NCBI RefSeq assembly: GCF_046119375.1
Contig: NW_027362765.1
Location: 118,234,001 to 118,298,000, forward strand
Source: Phyllobates terribilis
Taxonomy: Eukaryota
Length of the DNA stretch: 64,000 nucleotides
Direction of reading: 5' to 3'
The notes beneath the pieces were generated by a model that was not told the DNA's origin, searched no databases, and saw nothing but the letters and a program-made list of their open reading frames with translations. The position numbers and the translations under genes were made by a program. This document shows positions 23,118 to 34,622 of the stretch, piece after piece. Positions within the stretch are counted from its first letter, which is position 1, and every line of letters starts with the position of its first letter.

Positions 23118-23420
23118 GTTAGCGGAGGCAGAGTTGAGGCCGGGCGGGAGGAGCCGCCATGTTGGTGGTGGCAGGTGGGTGACGGGAGTCCTTGACACGC
23201 AGAGACCCCGGGCCCGGCCTCCGGCAGTACCATCACCGCAGTGTCAGCTCTCCCGCCCACGGTGGACCGGTGCTCTGCTCCCTGGAGCCCTCGGTTAGCC
23301 CCGCTCCCTTCCACGCAGCGGAGTCACGTCTCTCCCAGAATCCTCCGCGGGCGCCAGCTCCGTCCTGCGGCCTCGGGGGATAACGGAACCGGCGGGAAGC
23401 GGAATAACGGGGTAGGTAGT
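23000..23420. promoter_or_regulatory. CpG-island bidirectional promoter of POFUT1 and PLAGL2
   Basis: CpG-rich. POFUT1 ATG at 23117 (-). Plus-strand donor GG/GTAGGT after 23411 is the candidate end of PLAGL2 non-coding exon 1. Two YY1-like AACATGGCGGC motifs. A shared POFUT1/PLAGL2 promoter is described in human. Confidence 0.8.
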
Positions 23421-24734
23421 GCCCATGGCACAGATCGTCCCCTCCACCCATTATCACCACTCCCTGCACTAATACATCATCATCCAAACATGCACCCACC
23501 AAATCGGGGGGTTCACTGCCCCCACGTGTGCACAGCCCCAAACCAGCACTTACAGGTGAGCACCCCAATACCAGTGCACACACTAATAATATAGTGAGAC
23601 CCCATGAAATCACACAGGACCCCCTATGAAGCCAATAAGACTAGATGAGTCTCCCTAATAGAAGAACCCTGACACATTCACTTCTGTACCCCCAAAATAC
23701 AATCGTGATGCACCTGCCCCTCATATATAGCCCAAGAGGTGTATTCATGTACACGCCCCTTTAAAGGGGGTTTTCCAAAACACAAATCAAAATGTAAAAT
23801 CTGACAAAATAGCAATGATATTCCTAAGTAGATCATCTGCAGATCCAGATAGCAACTTCCTGCAGGTGAACAGCCGGCACCTTTGTGTTTACGTCCTGGA
23901 GGAGGGGGTCCTGGGTCATCACAAACTTCCCATCTGTATATTCCTATCTGAGCGCTCTCACCTAACCCGTTATCAGCGCCAGGGCGGCCTCCTCCTCCCT
24001 CCGCACATTGTCTGGGAGGATCTGAGATTGTGGCTCCAATACAAACACTGTCTCCCTCAGGCTATGTTCACATGCTGCAGTTTTTTTTGCAGCGTTATGC
24101 TCTTCAAATATGCTGCCTTTTACATTAGCAGGAAAACCTATGAGATTTCAGAAATCTCATGCACACGCTTGTTTGTTCCCCCCCCCTTACTAAATTTGAC
24201 AACTTCAGTGTTTTTGAAATCTGCTGCATCAGTTCTATCAGCGTTTTTGCAGCATTTTTTCACCTATCCTCCTCTGTCTTCCTATATACCGTGTCTGTAT
24301 GCAATATCATCCTAAAGCACATCAATCCTCTCAGCCCCTCTATATACAGTATATCGTACCTCTCAGCCCCTCTATATACGTTACTATACAGCATTACCTC
24401 ATTCCTCCAATCTCCTTTATATACAGTACCATCTTTCAATAAATCATTCTTCACAACCCCATCCTGCAGTACATTGCTCCTCACAGCCCCATCATGGAGT
24501 ACATCACTCCTCTTATCCCCTATTCTTTATATAGTACCATCCACAAGTACATCACCTCTCTAAGCCCCTCTATATATGATGCCATACAGCAGTATATCAC
24601 ACCTCTCACTTACTCTATTTACGGTACCATTCAGCAGTACATCTTTCCTCTTAGCCCTTCTATATAGAGCCCCATCTTGCAGTAGATCACTCTTCTCAGC
24701 CCCTTTGTATCAGCGTTGTGGAGTCGGAGTCAGG

Positions 24735-25500
24735 CTGTGTGCCCACTATGCGTTTTCAAAGCGTTTATGCTGCGGAATTTCCGCAGCATAAGCACTTGGG
24801 AAACGCTTGGTAATCCGCCCCCCATGGTCCCCAATGACAAGCCGCAATGCCCATGCTGCGGATTTTTCCGCAGCGTTTATGCTGCGCTCAAAAATCTGCA
24901 GCATGTCCATTAATTTTGCGGACACGCAGCGTAATCGCCGCCATTGACTTGCATTGGACCACGTGACATCCGCTTCACTGCATATATGCAAGCGGATATC
25001 ACACGGTTCTATGTGCGGATGGTACCCAGGTCTGGAGGAGAGGAGACTCTCATCCAGACCTGGGTACCATAGAAACTGTAAAAAAAATGTCCTCCCGGTG
25101 TTTTGTCCACGCCATCCGGTGTCTTGCAATGCTCGCGCTGTTGTGAAGGACCTGCCATGACGTCATTGAGTCATGTGACCTGTCACATGACTCAATGACG
25201 TCACCGCAGGTCCTTCACACCACCGCGAGCATTGCAAGACACCGGATGGCGTGGACAAAACACCGGGAGGACATCGGAAGGTAAGTATAATCTTTTTTTT
25301 TTACCATTCTTATTCTTTTTTTTAACTATTACTTGGTCACACTATATAAATCCATGCCGGTTGCATGGATTTATATAGTGTGAACAAGTTGTCAAGCACT
25401 TTCCAAATGATGCTAAAATCGCTTGGAAAAGCGCTTGATAACCCTCATGCGGAAATGCATGCAAAAACGCTTGACAAACGCTACTACCTGGCGGTAAAAA
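24735..25500. mobile_element. Large palindromic MITE in PLAGL2 intron 1
   Basis: Central ~93-bp-arm inverted repeat 25087-25274, side hairpin 25021-25067, mirrored GCGTTT/AAACGC flanks. Confidence 0.7.
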
Positions 25501-25839
25501 CGCATGTAAAATCCGCATACGTTTTTCCTGCCAGGGAGAAGCATAAAAAATATGTAGCATTTCTGCATTGTGGGCACTTAGCCTGATAGTCAATTTTTGT
25601 GGAGTCGTATAAAATGGACCAACTCCTAAAATATATAATAAATTGGGTACAGTAGTACAATGCAGAATGTGCTGTAGATGTTTCCATAAGAATTTGGGAA
25701 AGTTATGAAATGTCCTATAAATGTCTGTTCTGTTCCTGATCTAAGGATTTGGGCTTTTAATTGAGATGAATCTGTGCTGCATTTTACATACATGCTCAGT
25801 AGTAAGTCAGTGCTGGGGAGTCGGAATGGCCCCATCACA

Positions 25840-26250
25840 AATATATGGGAATACAAACTCATGGTGACCTTTGACACCTTCAGAGTAGGAATGAATGTGT
25901 CACATGGATTTATGTCATTCTACATCAGCTAAGGAATGTGCTCCTCAGAACTGTGGGGTCATCACACCCTGGACCAGACTGCATTCACAGGACAATAAAA
26001 CTTTCACACTCCTTATCTATGAACTGTTCCAATATTTACAGCCAGAACTGTTTATCTCTCTCCCATAGTAATAGTTCTGCTTTACTTTCATTATTTCTGT
26101 GTCTTATTATGTATAAACATGTGACTCTTCAGATTTTGTGTTATTCTATGCCTGATGAAGAGACCTGAGTAGTCTCGAAAGCTTGTAACTTATTACCATC
26201 TTTTCTGTTAGCCATTAAAAGGTATCAACCACTGAGGACTCTCAAATCTA
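25840..26250 (+). mobile_element. 3' terminal fragment of a second Penelope-like family in PLAGL2 intron 1
   Basis: Encodes a C-terminal peptide WEYKLMVTFDTFRVGMNVSHGFMSFYIS* resembling PLE ORF ends, then an AT-rich UTR, a hammerhead core and ATTAAA. Confidence 0.7.
26148..26188 (+). ncRNA. Minimal type I hammerhead ribozyme motif with weakened stem I
   Basis: TGC CTGATGA A GAGAC CTGAGTA GTCTC GAAA GC TT GTA: intact core, perfect 5-bp stem II, palindromic AAGCTT at stem III, only 3 bp (one GU) in stem I. Confidence 0.72.
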
Positions 26251-26261
26251 AATATTTTCTC

Positions 26262-26411
26262 ATTATTCTGGCATTTGGCAAATATTAAAAATTATGGTAA
26301 TCCTAACTGACCTAAAACGGGAAAGGTTTATTCTGATTTCATGTTAGATATTGAGAACAACAGGCATATGTGTCTTTTTATATAGTGTATGTAAACTTCC
26401 GGTTTCAACTG
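26262..26411 (+). mobile_element. Isolated right end of a Sleeping Beauty/Tdr1-like Tc1 transposon
   Basis: Contains ATCCTAACTGACCTAA and terminal GTGTATGTAAACTTCCGGTTTCAACTG followed by TA, matching the SB-type IR/DR end. Confidence 0.75.
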
Positions 26412-26508
26412 TATATGTATTTTATAAGTGTTCATTTTGATGAGGGATAAATAAAATAATTATCTTAGCCAACCCCTTAAGGCTGATTTCTATGTCTTTT
26501 ATGCGCAG

Positions 26509-26575
26509 GTTGGAAGATGGTGAGGCGTCTTCTGCGTTGTCTCCCAGAGGGGTGAACCCAGATCTTCAGCTGCAG
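26509..26575 (+). other. Putative 67-nt 5' UTR exon of PLAGL2
   Basis: Acceptor TATGTCTTTTATGCGCAG/G and strong donor CAG/GTAAGA between the promoter and the first coding exon (acceptor CATTCACCAG/G, exon start 26741). No transcript evidence. Confidence 0.5.
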
Positions 26576-26808
26576 GTAAGAGCTACTCGTAAGATCATCA
26601 AACCTTTTCTATTTGCACCTGGGAAAGCTGGGTGAAAAGCAATATGGCCACCAACACAGGGCATATCATCCATCTTTCTTGCGATTCTTCACAATATACA
26701 TTGATCATCACAGTGCTTCTTTCTGTTGTCCATTCACCAGGACGGGCATCGCGCTGGCACCGATGGGGAAATGACCGCTCACGCGGCCGAGTCACCACTT
26801 GTTCTGCG

Positions 26809-29800
26809 ATGAAGACGCTTTTCTTTAATGCTGCAAACAACGATCACAGCACCGAGTGGAAAGCGGAGGCCAAACCCCAGGAGGAGGGAGACACGGCCGA
26901 GAGCAAGATCCTGCATGACGCCACCAGACTTGATGCCCCTTGTAGCAGTGAGCAGGAGAGCCCACCTCTCCCCCGCCGGTTTACCTGCCCCCAGCTGCTC
27001 TGTGACAAGACGTTTGCATCCAAATACAAGCTGTGCAGGTACAGAGACAGATGCCCCAGGCCCTCTATGTACCCACTAAACATGGTGCCATATATAGACA
27101 GGAAAGCGTAATAGCTAATAAGGAATCTGGTGCCATCCATAGACTGGAAAGCGTAATACTGTAGCTAATAAGGAATCTGGCGCCCTCTATAGAGAGGAAA
27201 GCATAATAGCTAATAAGGAATCTGGCGCCCTCTATAGACAGGAAAGCATAATAGCTAATAAGGAATCTGGCTCCCTCTATAGAGAGGAAAGCGTAATAGC
27301 TAATAAGAAATCTGGTTCCCTCTATAGACAGGAAAGCGTAATAGCTAATAAGGAATCTGGTTCCCTCTATGGAGAGGAGAGCGTAATAGCGAATAAGGAA
27401 TCTGGCGCCCTCTATAGAGAGGAAAGCGTAATAGCTAATAAGGAATCTGGTGCCCTCTTTAGAGAGGAAAGCATAATAGCTAATAAGGAATCTGGCGCCC
27501 TCTATAGAGAGGAAAGCATAATCACTAATAAGGAATCTGGCTCCCTCTATAGAGAGAAAAGCGTAATAGCTAATAAGAAATCTGGTTCCCTCTATAGAGA
27601 GGAAAGCGTAATGGCTAATAAGAAATCTGGCGCCCTCTATAGAGAGGAAAGCGTAATGGCTAATAAGAAATCTGGTTCCCTCTATAGAGAGGAAAGCGTA
27701 ATGGCTAATAAGAAATCTGGCGCCCTCTATAGAGAGGAAAGCGTAATGGCTAATAAGAAATCTGGCGCCCTCTATAGAGAGGAAAGCGTAATAGCCAATA
27801 AGGAATCTGGCTCCCTCTATAGAGAGGAAAGCGTAATAGCTAATAAGGAATCTGGCTCCCTCTATAGAGAGGAAAGCATAATAGCTAATAAGGAATCTGG
27901 CTCCCTCTATAGAGAGAAAAGCGTAATAGCTAATAAGAAATCTGGTTCCCTCTATAGAGAGGAAAGCGTAATGGCTAATAAGAAATCTGGCGCCCTCTAT
28001 AGAGAGGAAAGCGTAATAGCTAATAAGGAATCTGGCGCCCTCTATAGAGAGGAAAGCGTAATAGCTAATAAGGAATCTGGCGCCCTCTATAGAGAGGAAA
28101 GCTTAATATCTAATAAGAAATCTGGTTCCCTCTATAGAGAGGAAAGCGTAATGGCTAATAAGAAATCTGGCGCCCTCTATAGAGAGGAAAGCGTAATAGC
28201 TAATAAGGAATCTGGGGCCCTCTATAGAGAGGAAAGCTTAATATCTAATAAGGAATCTGGCTCCCTCTATAGAGAGGAAAGCATAATAGCTAATAAGGAA
28301 TCTGGCTCCCTCTATAGAGAGAAAAGCGTAATAGCTAATAAGAAATCTGGTTCCCTCTATAGAGAGGAAAGCATAATGGCTAATAAGGAATCTGGCGCCC
28401 TCTATAGAGAGGAAAGCGTAATAGCTAATAAGAAATCTGGCGCCCTCTATAGAGAGGAAAGCGTAATAGCTAATAAGGAATCTGGCGCCCTCTATAGAGA
28501 GGAAAGCTTAATAGCTAATAAGGAATCTGGCGCCCTCTATAGAGAGGAAAGCATAATAGCTAATAATAAATCTGGCGCCCTCTATAGACAGGAAAGCATA
28601 ATAGCTAATAATGAATCTGGCTCCCTCTATAGAGAGGAAAGCGTAATAGCTAATAAGGATCTGGCACCATCTATAGACAGGAAAACGTAATGGCTAATAA
28701 GGAATCTGGCTCCCTCTATAGAGAGGAAAGCGTAATGGCTAATAAGGAATCTGGCGCCCTCTATAGACAGAAAAGTGTAATAGCTAATAATGAATCTGGC
28801 GCCCTCTATAGACAGGAAAGCATAATAGCTAATAAGGAATCTAGCGCCCTATGGTAGTGAGGAGGCAGTATGTGAGGCCACAACACAGCTATTATTTTCA
28901 GACCTCTGCTTGTGGTCAGTGAATGAATTCATTCATTCTGACCTAATGATTGTTACCTCCATATCCTGGCTACAAAGCAGCGCAAATGTCTCTCCTGTCC
29001 TGATGGTTTGTTACAGTGTATCAGTCTGGAATCTAGGTCAGGTCAAGGCGGGTGTTAAGTCCGAGTGAGAATGTTTCCATCCACTGGCAGCAAGCAGACA
29101 TATTGCAAACATTGGAAGAATCAAAGCTTAAAATGAACTAGCAGTGATAGTAGATGGGCCGGTGATGGGAATGTTGTGTGTGACTGTGACTTCTCCTCTC
29201 CCCTCAGGCATATGGCCACTCACTCTATGCAGAAATCCCACCAATGCTCACACTGCGGCAAAATGTTCCACCGGAAAGACCACCTGAAGAATCACCTGCA
29301 GACCCACAACCCTAACAGAGTGGCCCTGCAGTGCCCGGAGTGCAGCAAGAACTACAGCACCAAATACGGACACCGCCGCCATCTTGCCTTACATGCCATT
29401 GCCAGGGGTGACCTCAGCTGTGCCATATGTTTTCAGGTTTTCCGAGACCGCCAGTCAGTGCTGGAGCACCTGAAGAGCCACAACCATCGGCCGTCCATGG
29501 GCAACCGAGAGAAGAAATACCCCTGCGAGCACTGCGACCGCTGCTTCTACACCCGCAAGGATGTTCGACGCCACCTGGTGGTGCACACCGGCCGCAAGGA
29601 TTTCCAGTGTCACTGCTGCGCCCAGATGTTTGGACGCAAGGACCATCTAACGCGGCACATGAAAAAGAGCCATTGCGAGGAAGCACCTCGGATCAAGACA
29701 GAACCTCAAGACGACTTGAGCCTCATGAGCTGCCAATCGGCAGTGGTGAAGGAAGAGTGGGGCTCCATCATGTGCATGCAGCCAAGAGACATGATTTCCA

Positions 29801-30303
29801 CGGGCATGTACACTACGCCATTTCAGCCCTTAACCAATGCTGGCATTCCCCAGTCCTTAGTGCCAACCTCATTGTCTTTAGGGCTTAGTTACCCTTCCGA
29901 AAGTGTGCCCACCTTCTCTACGGACCCATCTAGCAGGTTCCAGTTCACCTCTACCTCATATTTCCCCAAAAGTGAAATGGATCCTTTCATGCCTGATGGG
30001 TCTGGGGGGCTGTCCCTCACTTCACCCGAGGTGGTGGCATGTACCCCACAGGCCGCATTGGATGAGTCTTACCTCTCTGCCCTGTGCGATCCCCTATCAT
30101 CGGGCATAGACTTCAACCATTTCCTCAGCTTCTTGCCCGTCAATCTCCCTCCTTGTAACCTCTCTTTACCCAACACTGAGATATCTATGGGAGAAAATCA
30201 ACAATTCCTGGCACCAGGCTGTGGCGGCGATCTGCCCCTGCCTCATTATACCTCAGACATTAACCCTACAACATTGCCTCAGTTTCACCAAGCCTTCAAG
30301 TAA
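26809..30303 (+). CDS. PLAGL2: PLAG-family C2H2 zinc finger protein PLAGL2, 2 coding exons, 441 aa
   Basis: Exons 26809-27038 and 29208-30303, phase-2 junction inside finger 1 (KYKLCR/HMATH). Six C2H2 fingers including FHRKDHLKNHLQTH, FYTRKDVRRHLVVHTGRKDF and FGRKDHLTRH. SUMO-type motifs IKTE, VKEE, PKSE. PLAG C-terminal TTLPQFHQAF. Six fingers plus the position between POFUT1 and TM9SF4 identify PLAGL2. Confidence 0.94.
27105..28850. repeat. 45-bp minisatellite in the intron between PLAGL2 coding exons
   Basis: Unit GCGTAATAGCTAATAAGGAATCTGGCGCCCTCTATAGAGAGGAAA, ~39 copies. Explains ORF 27611-28690. Confidence 0.97.
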
Positions 30304-33300
30304 ACCCGGTGAGACCGTTTCTTATCTTACCTCATATGATATCCGGAGAGAACACTTGGTGCCATCTTGGCACCTTTTTTTTTTTTTTTTTTTTCTCGTA
30401 TTTCGAGGCCTCACAGTTACTTTTATTTGTCCGGTTTTTTGAAGCTAACCTCTTCCATTTGTTCGACAACAGCGCATCATACCTCAGGATCAGAGACTGC
30501 GCCATTCCACAACCCGGTGGAAACCAGAACGATCCCACCCCTATAAAATGTGAAGATGGCGGCGGGTCGGAGGGCAGGATGGAAGAAGATGGCGGACGGC
30601 ATTCATCAAGCACAAGACTTGCATCTACCAGTAAGATCGGTACGATCGCCACCCCTTCAACCAGCCACCTCGTTGGAATGGTCTTCTGAACCAAGAACCA
30701 GTGCCAAGTCTCATCTACCTCTTTCAGATCTGTGCCCATATAGAGACAATTCCTCGCCGAGGAGACCAGTCGGAGTCATTTCCAATGGGTTTGTTTACTA
30801 ACCTTGGTGGCATCGCCCGCTCGTATTACCTCACTACGCCGTTTACAGTGTGAATCCTGACATAAGCTACTCCACAGAGCATTGCCGCCCCCACCCAGTG
30901 GGCACTAGTGGAGCCCACAACAGTTTGTTTTTTTACCACCATTTCCCTTCTGGCAACTAATTTCTTCCCAATTTAGTTTGTTACTTTAGACATCGGCCAG
31001 TATTAGCAGCAACCCTGGTTCCAGTCCTGCCATCTCTCCCTGAAGTTATTGAGACAGGCTGGTTGCTAGGGACATCGATAGGCAATGTCCATAGCAACCA
31101 GACTGTTGGCCATGTCTGGAAGGGATAGTCATCATTCGTGGAGTGCCTACAGGTTCAGGTAAGCCCTGTGACTACTTGGAAGTGGGGTGTAAGACATAGA
31201 ATATATATATGGGGGGTGTGCTACATAGTGTTACCATTCACTGACTGCAGTCATCTTGAAAATGGCAAGCAGTTAACTTTATTAGACAATGTAATTTTAC
31301 TCTGATTACGATCTATAGGTTTCAAACATTTAATTAACGGTGTGAGCTATTGTTCTCTGTTAGCTGCTAAGTCCCTGTCAGGGGGAGATCATACACAAGT
31401 CACATTCCGCCATCATCCTGCCCCTTTATCCAGATACTTTGGACTTGGGGCCCATTTTAGACACCAGCAGGGTGAGAGTTTTGCCGAATTTTTAGCATCG
31501 TGTGACCCGATACATCGCCCCGGTCTGTTCCAGATCCCTGCTGTGTGAGCGCCCCCAGGTCCATCTGTGACATGATATAGAATTACACCTGTCTCCTACA
31601 GTACACAGCGGCGGTAGCCATATTGGAGCCTCAACCTCATTGCCGATACCCTAAGCTTATCAGCAAATATGGCAGCCTCTGCTGCTGATCTATAGTTGGA
31701 CCTTACAGTATACAGTGGCTGCCATTTTATAGTCCTCAAATATTAACCACTTGCCATCCTGCAAAGTACTATTACATCACGGTCGCTCTAACGTCTAGGA
31801 TCAGAGCCGGTCTAACCCCCTTAGATGCCAGCAGTCAGTAGCCACTGCTGCACCTAATGGATATATAAAGAAGCACGTGGTTCCCTTTGTACGCCTTCCC
31901 CAGGACACATTGGATTATTTGCCTTACTGCCAGTCCTACATTAGGTATTGCAGAGGTGACTGGATGGAGCTGTGCCAATTCTGGACCCCTGTGATTAGTG
32001 GGGCTGCCATAATCTGATATTGATGACTGCAGCATAGTCAGAAGATGAACAGGCTGCTGTAATGTCGGCCATACGTTTTATGTTGGCCCCACAATCGTCC
32101 GGCTGACGACCATTTCCCCCTACAGACGAGCGCTCTGTTGGTCTCTATGAGAGTGCCGCTGGCAAAGGCATCTGGCTGCTGCTAATCTCCGCACCAAATA
32201 CCTGATCCTTTTGTCTCCCGACATCAATTGTGAGGCCACCATACAAAGTAGATGGCTGGCCAATCCCACTGACTTATGTAATGTGAGGTGGAATCCTAAT
32301 AGCCCACCCTGACGAGCCCTGCTGCCTCCAACACTGGAGCTAAATTGTAGACAGTTGTAAAATGCGCCAAATTAACGACAGTGGCCGACGCCGTTTGAGA
32401 TACGTGGCACATATTTCTAATGCCCCCTCATACACATTAGAATGTCGGCCAAGGTCAATGGGTTCCTCAGGAGGGAGATAAGGGTCCGGTGTGTCCAATT
32501 TCGGATGTTCAATCCTTCTGTTCGCTAGAGATAAGCCTCTGTCAGAGATGTCCGGCAGCGGCCCTCTCATAGAGATCACACAGGAGCGCTCGGGCGGACA
32601 GTTCTCCTGTGTATGAACGAGTCGGGCGAGAGCTGCCGGCCATACAATCGCACGCCTTCTAATGTGTATGGGAGCTTACAGTTACACCATCTGTTAACTT
32701 ACTGTGCGCCACAGATTGGTGTAACAATGATCCAATGTAGGCTCTACTTTTTCCCAGACACTTACCCATAGGCCATGTCCATCTTACCGAGCACATAATG
32801 TGGTGTGAGGCAGGAAACGCAGAATCGGGGGTGAGTGCACTTTAAGTATTTGGGTTGCAGAGCAGGCCCCAGTCACATGTGGGAGATAGACATTCAGAAG
32901 TTTCTGCTTTTCCATGTGTTATAGTCTTTTTGGGTTTAAGGGATGTCCTCCAACGCCAAAGCAAAGCACAGGCGATGATGCCATCTGTACCTTCCTCCAG
33001 TGGAGTCCTGATGGAGGCTGTGGCCTTAGATCAGAACGCTTCTAATGCTGCATTTTGGAGAAGACTACAACTCCTGGCAGGCCCCAATTATTGTAGTCCC
33101 TGTGCCTTCTGGGAGTTGTAGTTCTCCAACAGGTTGCAGACCATGAATATAGAGGTTTAGGACCAGGTTCTTCAAAGTATTTTTTGCCGCAATACTGGTG
33201 TTAAACACCTTTTAGCAACTTAGCGTTGCACAAAAAAAAATCTGAAAATTTTCCCATTTTCATGCCAGTTTCGGACACCTCTTCCATAGAGTGCGGGGTG

Positions 33301-34622
33301 AAAACCCACCTGATAAATTCATCAACCCTTCATTAAAACTGGCATCTGTACCCTATTCTCAATGAGGGGCATGTAGGAGTCAGAGACGTCTTATTCATGA
33401 AGAGGCGCACACCAGTTAATGAATTTGGCGCATTTTACAAGTGGTGTGCACCTCTATTAATTCGACACCTCTTACTCCTGCACGCCCCTGATTGAGACTG
33501 GGGTACGAAACGGCTGTCTTATTGAATCGAGCCCTTAGTATTTTGAAGACAACCCCCTTAGTCTATATTGGGGCAGCGTCTCCCACACAAGGCCCCCTAT
33601 TACTTTGTACATTCAACTCCCCAGCCGATTAACCCCTCAGAACCCACCCACGTTACTTATCTCATATACTTTGGGCTTTCCTCCTATCAGCACTTAACGC
33701 CTCAAAGAAAAATTGACTTTTTATATTTTTCCAACTTGCCAGAATATATAAATATCTAAATGTGTATATACATATGAGCTCTTTATTTTTAATAAATATT
33801 AGAATGCTTCATTCTCCCCAAAGATCCGGCCGTTGGGTCCGTAACTGCAAACTGACAAAAGGTGGAATTAAAAAAAAATAAGGGTTCAGACCAGCCCTAA
33901 GGGTGTCATGTGTGAAAACATCTTGTTGTCAAGGCTGCTGTTCCGGACAAAATGTATTAAAGAAGATGTCCATGTTCACCCTGAGGGTAAAATAGCCAGG
34001 ATAGTACGTCCCTATTTAGGGAAATCTATATAATACGCCAGCTCCCCTATATCTATAACCTATCAGATCGGAGTCTCAGCTGATATCCTGCACACATTGC
34101 CCCCTTGTGGCCATTGCAAAGGTGGGGTGTTCTGAATCCTATGACAGTGTTAAATGAATGTGATTCAGGCGTAATGCCTAGCCATTCCTATCAATATATA
34201 TTAGTCTCACCATTTTTTCAAGTGTTCCCCTTTAATTTGTATTAGGGATCAGTACCTATATACTATGAAAGCACTTTGGGATACACAGCTCCGTTCTTGA
34301 CTATAAACTTCAATATCGTCCATTACTTATACACCAGGTCCCACTGCTGGGACTGATGCTAGTTACAAGTCCTGCAACATTGACAAGTGCCATTCGCATA
34401 GTATGGATGGAAGGAATTACCCTAGCAATAATTCCAGGATGTTAAGTTAACTTATCACTTACCCATTTTGATCCACTAGGGGGAGCCAATTCTGACTTCA
34501 ATAACACACTATGCTGTGAGCTCCCCCTAGTGGCTGGGGCATGTGCAGCACAGTATCAAAAATTAAGCTTAGTCAGCTTTTCTCTATAAAATTATGATTA
34601 TATATATATTTACACACATACA

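Noticed and set aside
27611-28690. 359-aa ORF of ANKKSGALYREESV repeats
   Set aside because: 45-bp intronic tandem repeat whose length is a multiple of 3; no unique coding sequence or splice support.
30358-30395. GGTGCCA-TCT-TGGCACC hairpin followed by a long T run, resembling an intrinsic terminator
   Set aside because: Pol II 3' UTR context; a 7-bp stem beside a poly-T tract is expected by chance.
33063-33123. Inverted pair of ACTACAACTCCCAG-like (ZNF143/THAP11-type) motifs
   Set aside because: This motif is common in frog MITE remnants and there is no CpG island or promoter context here.
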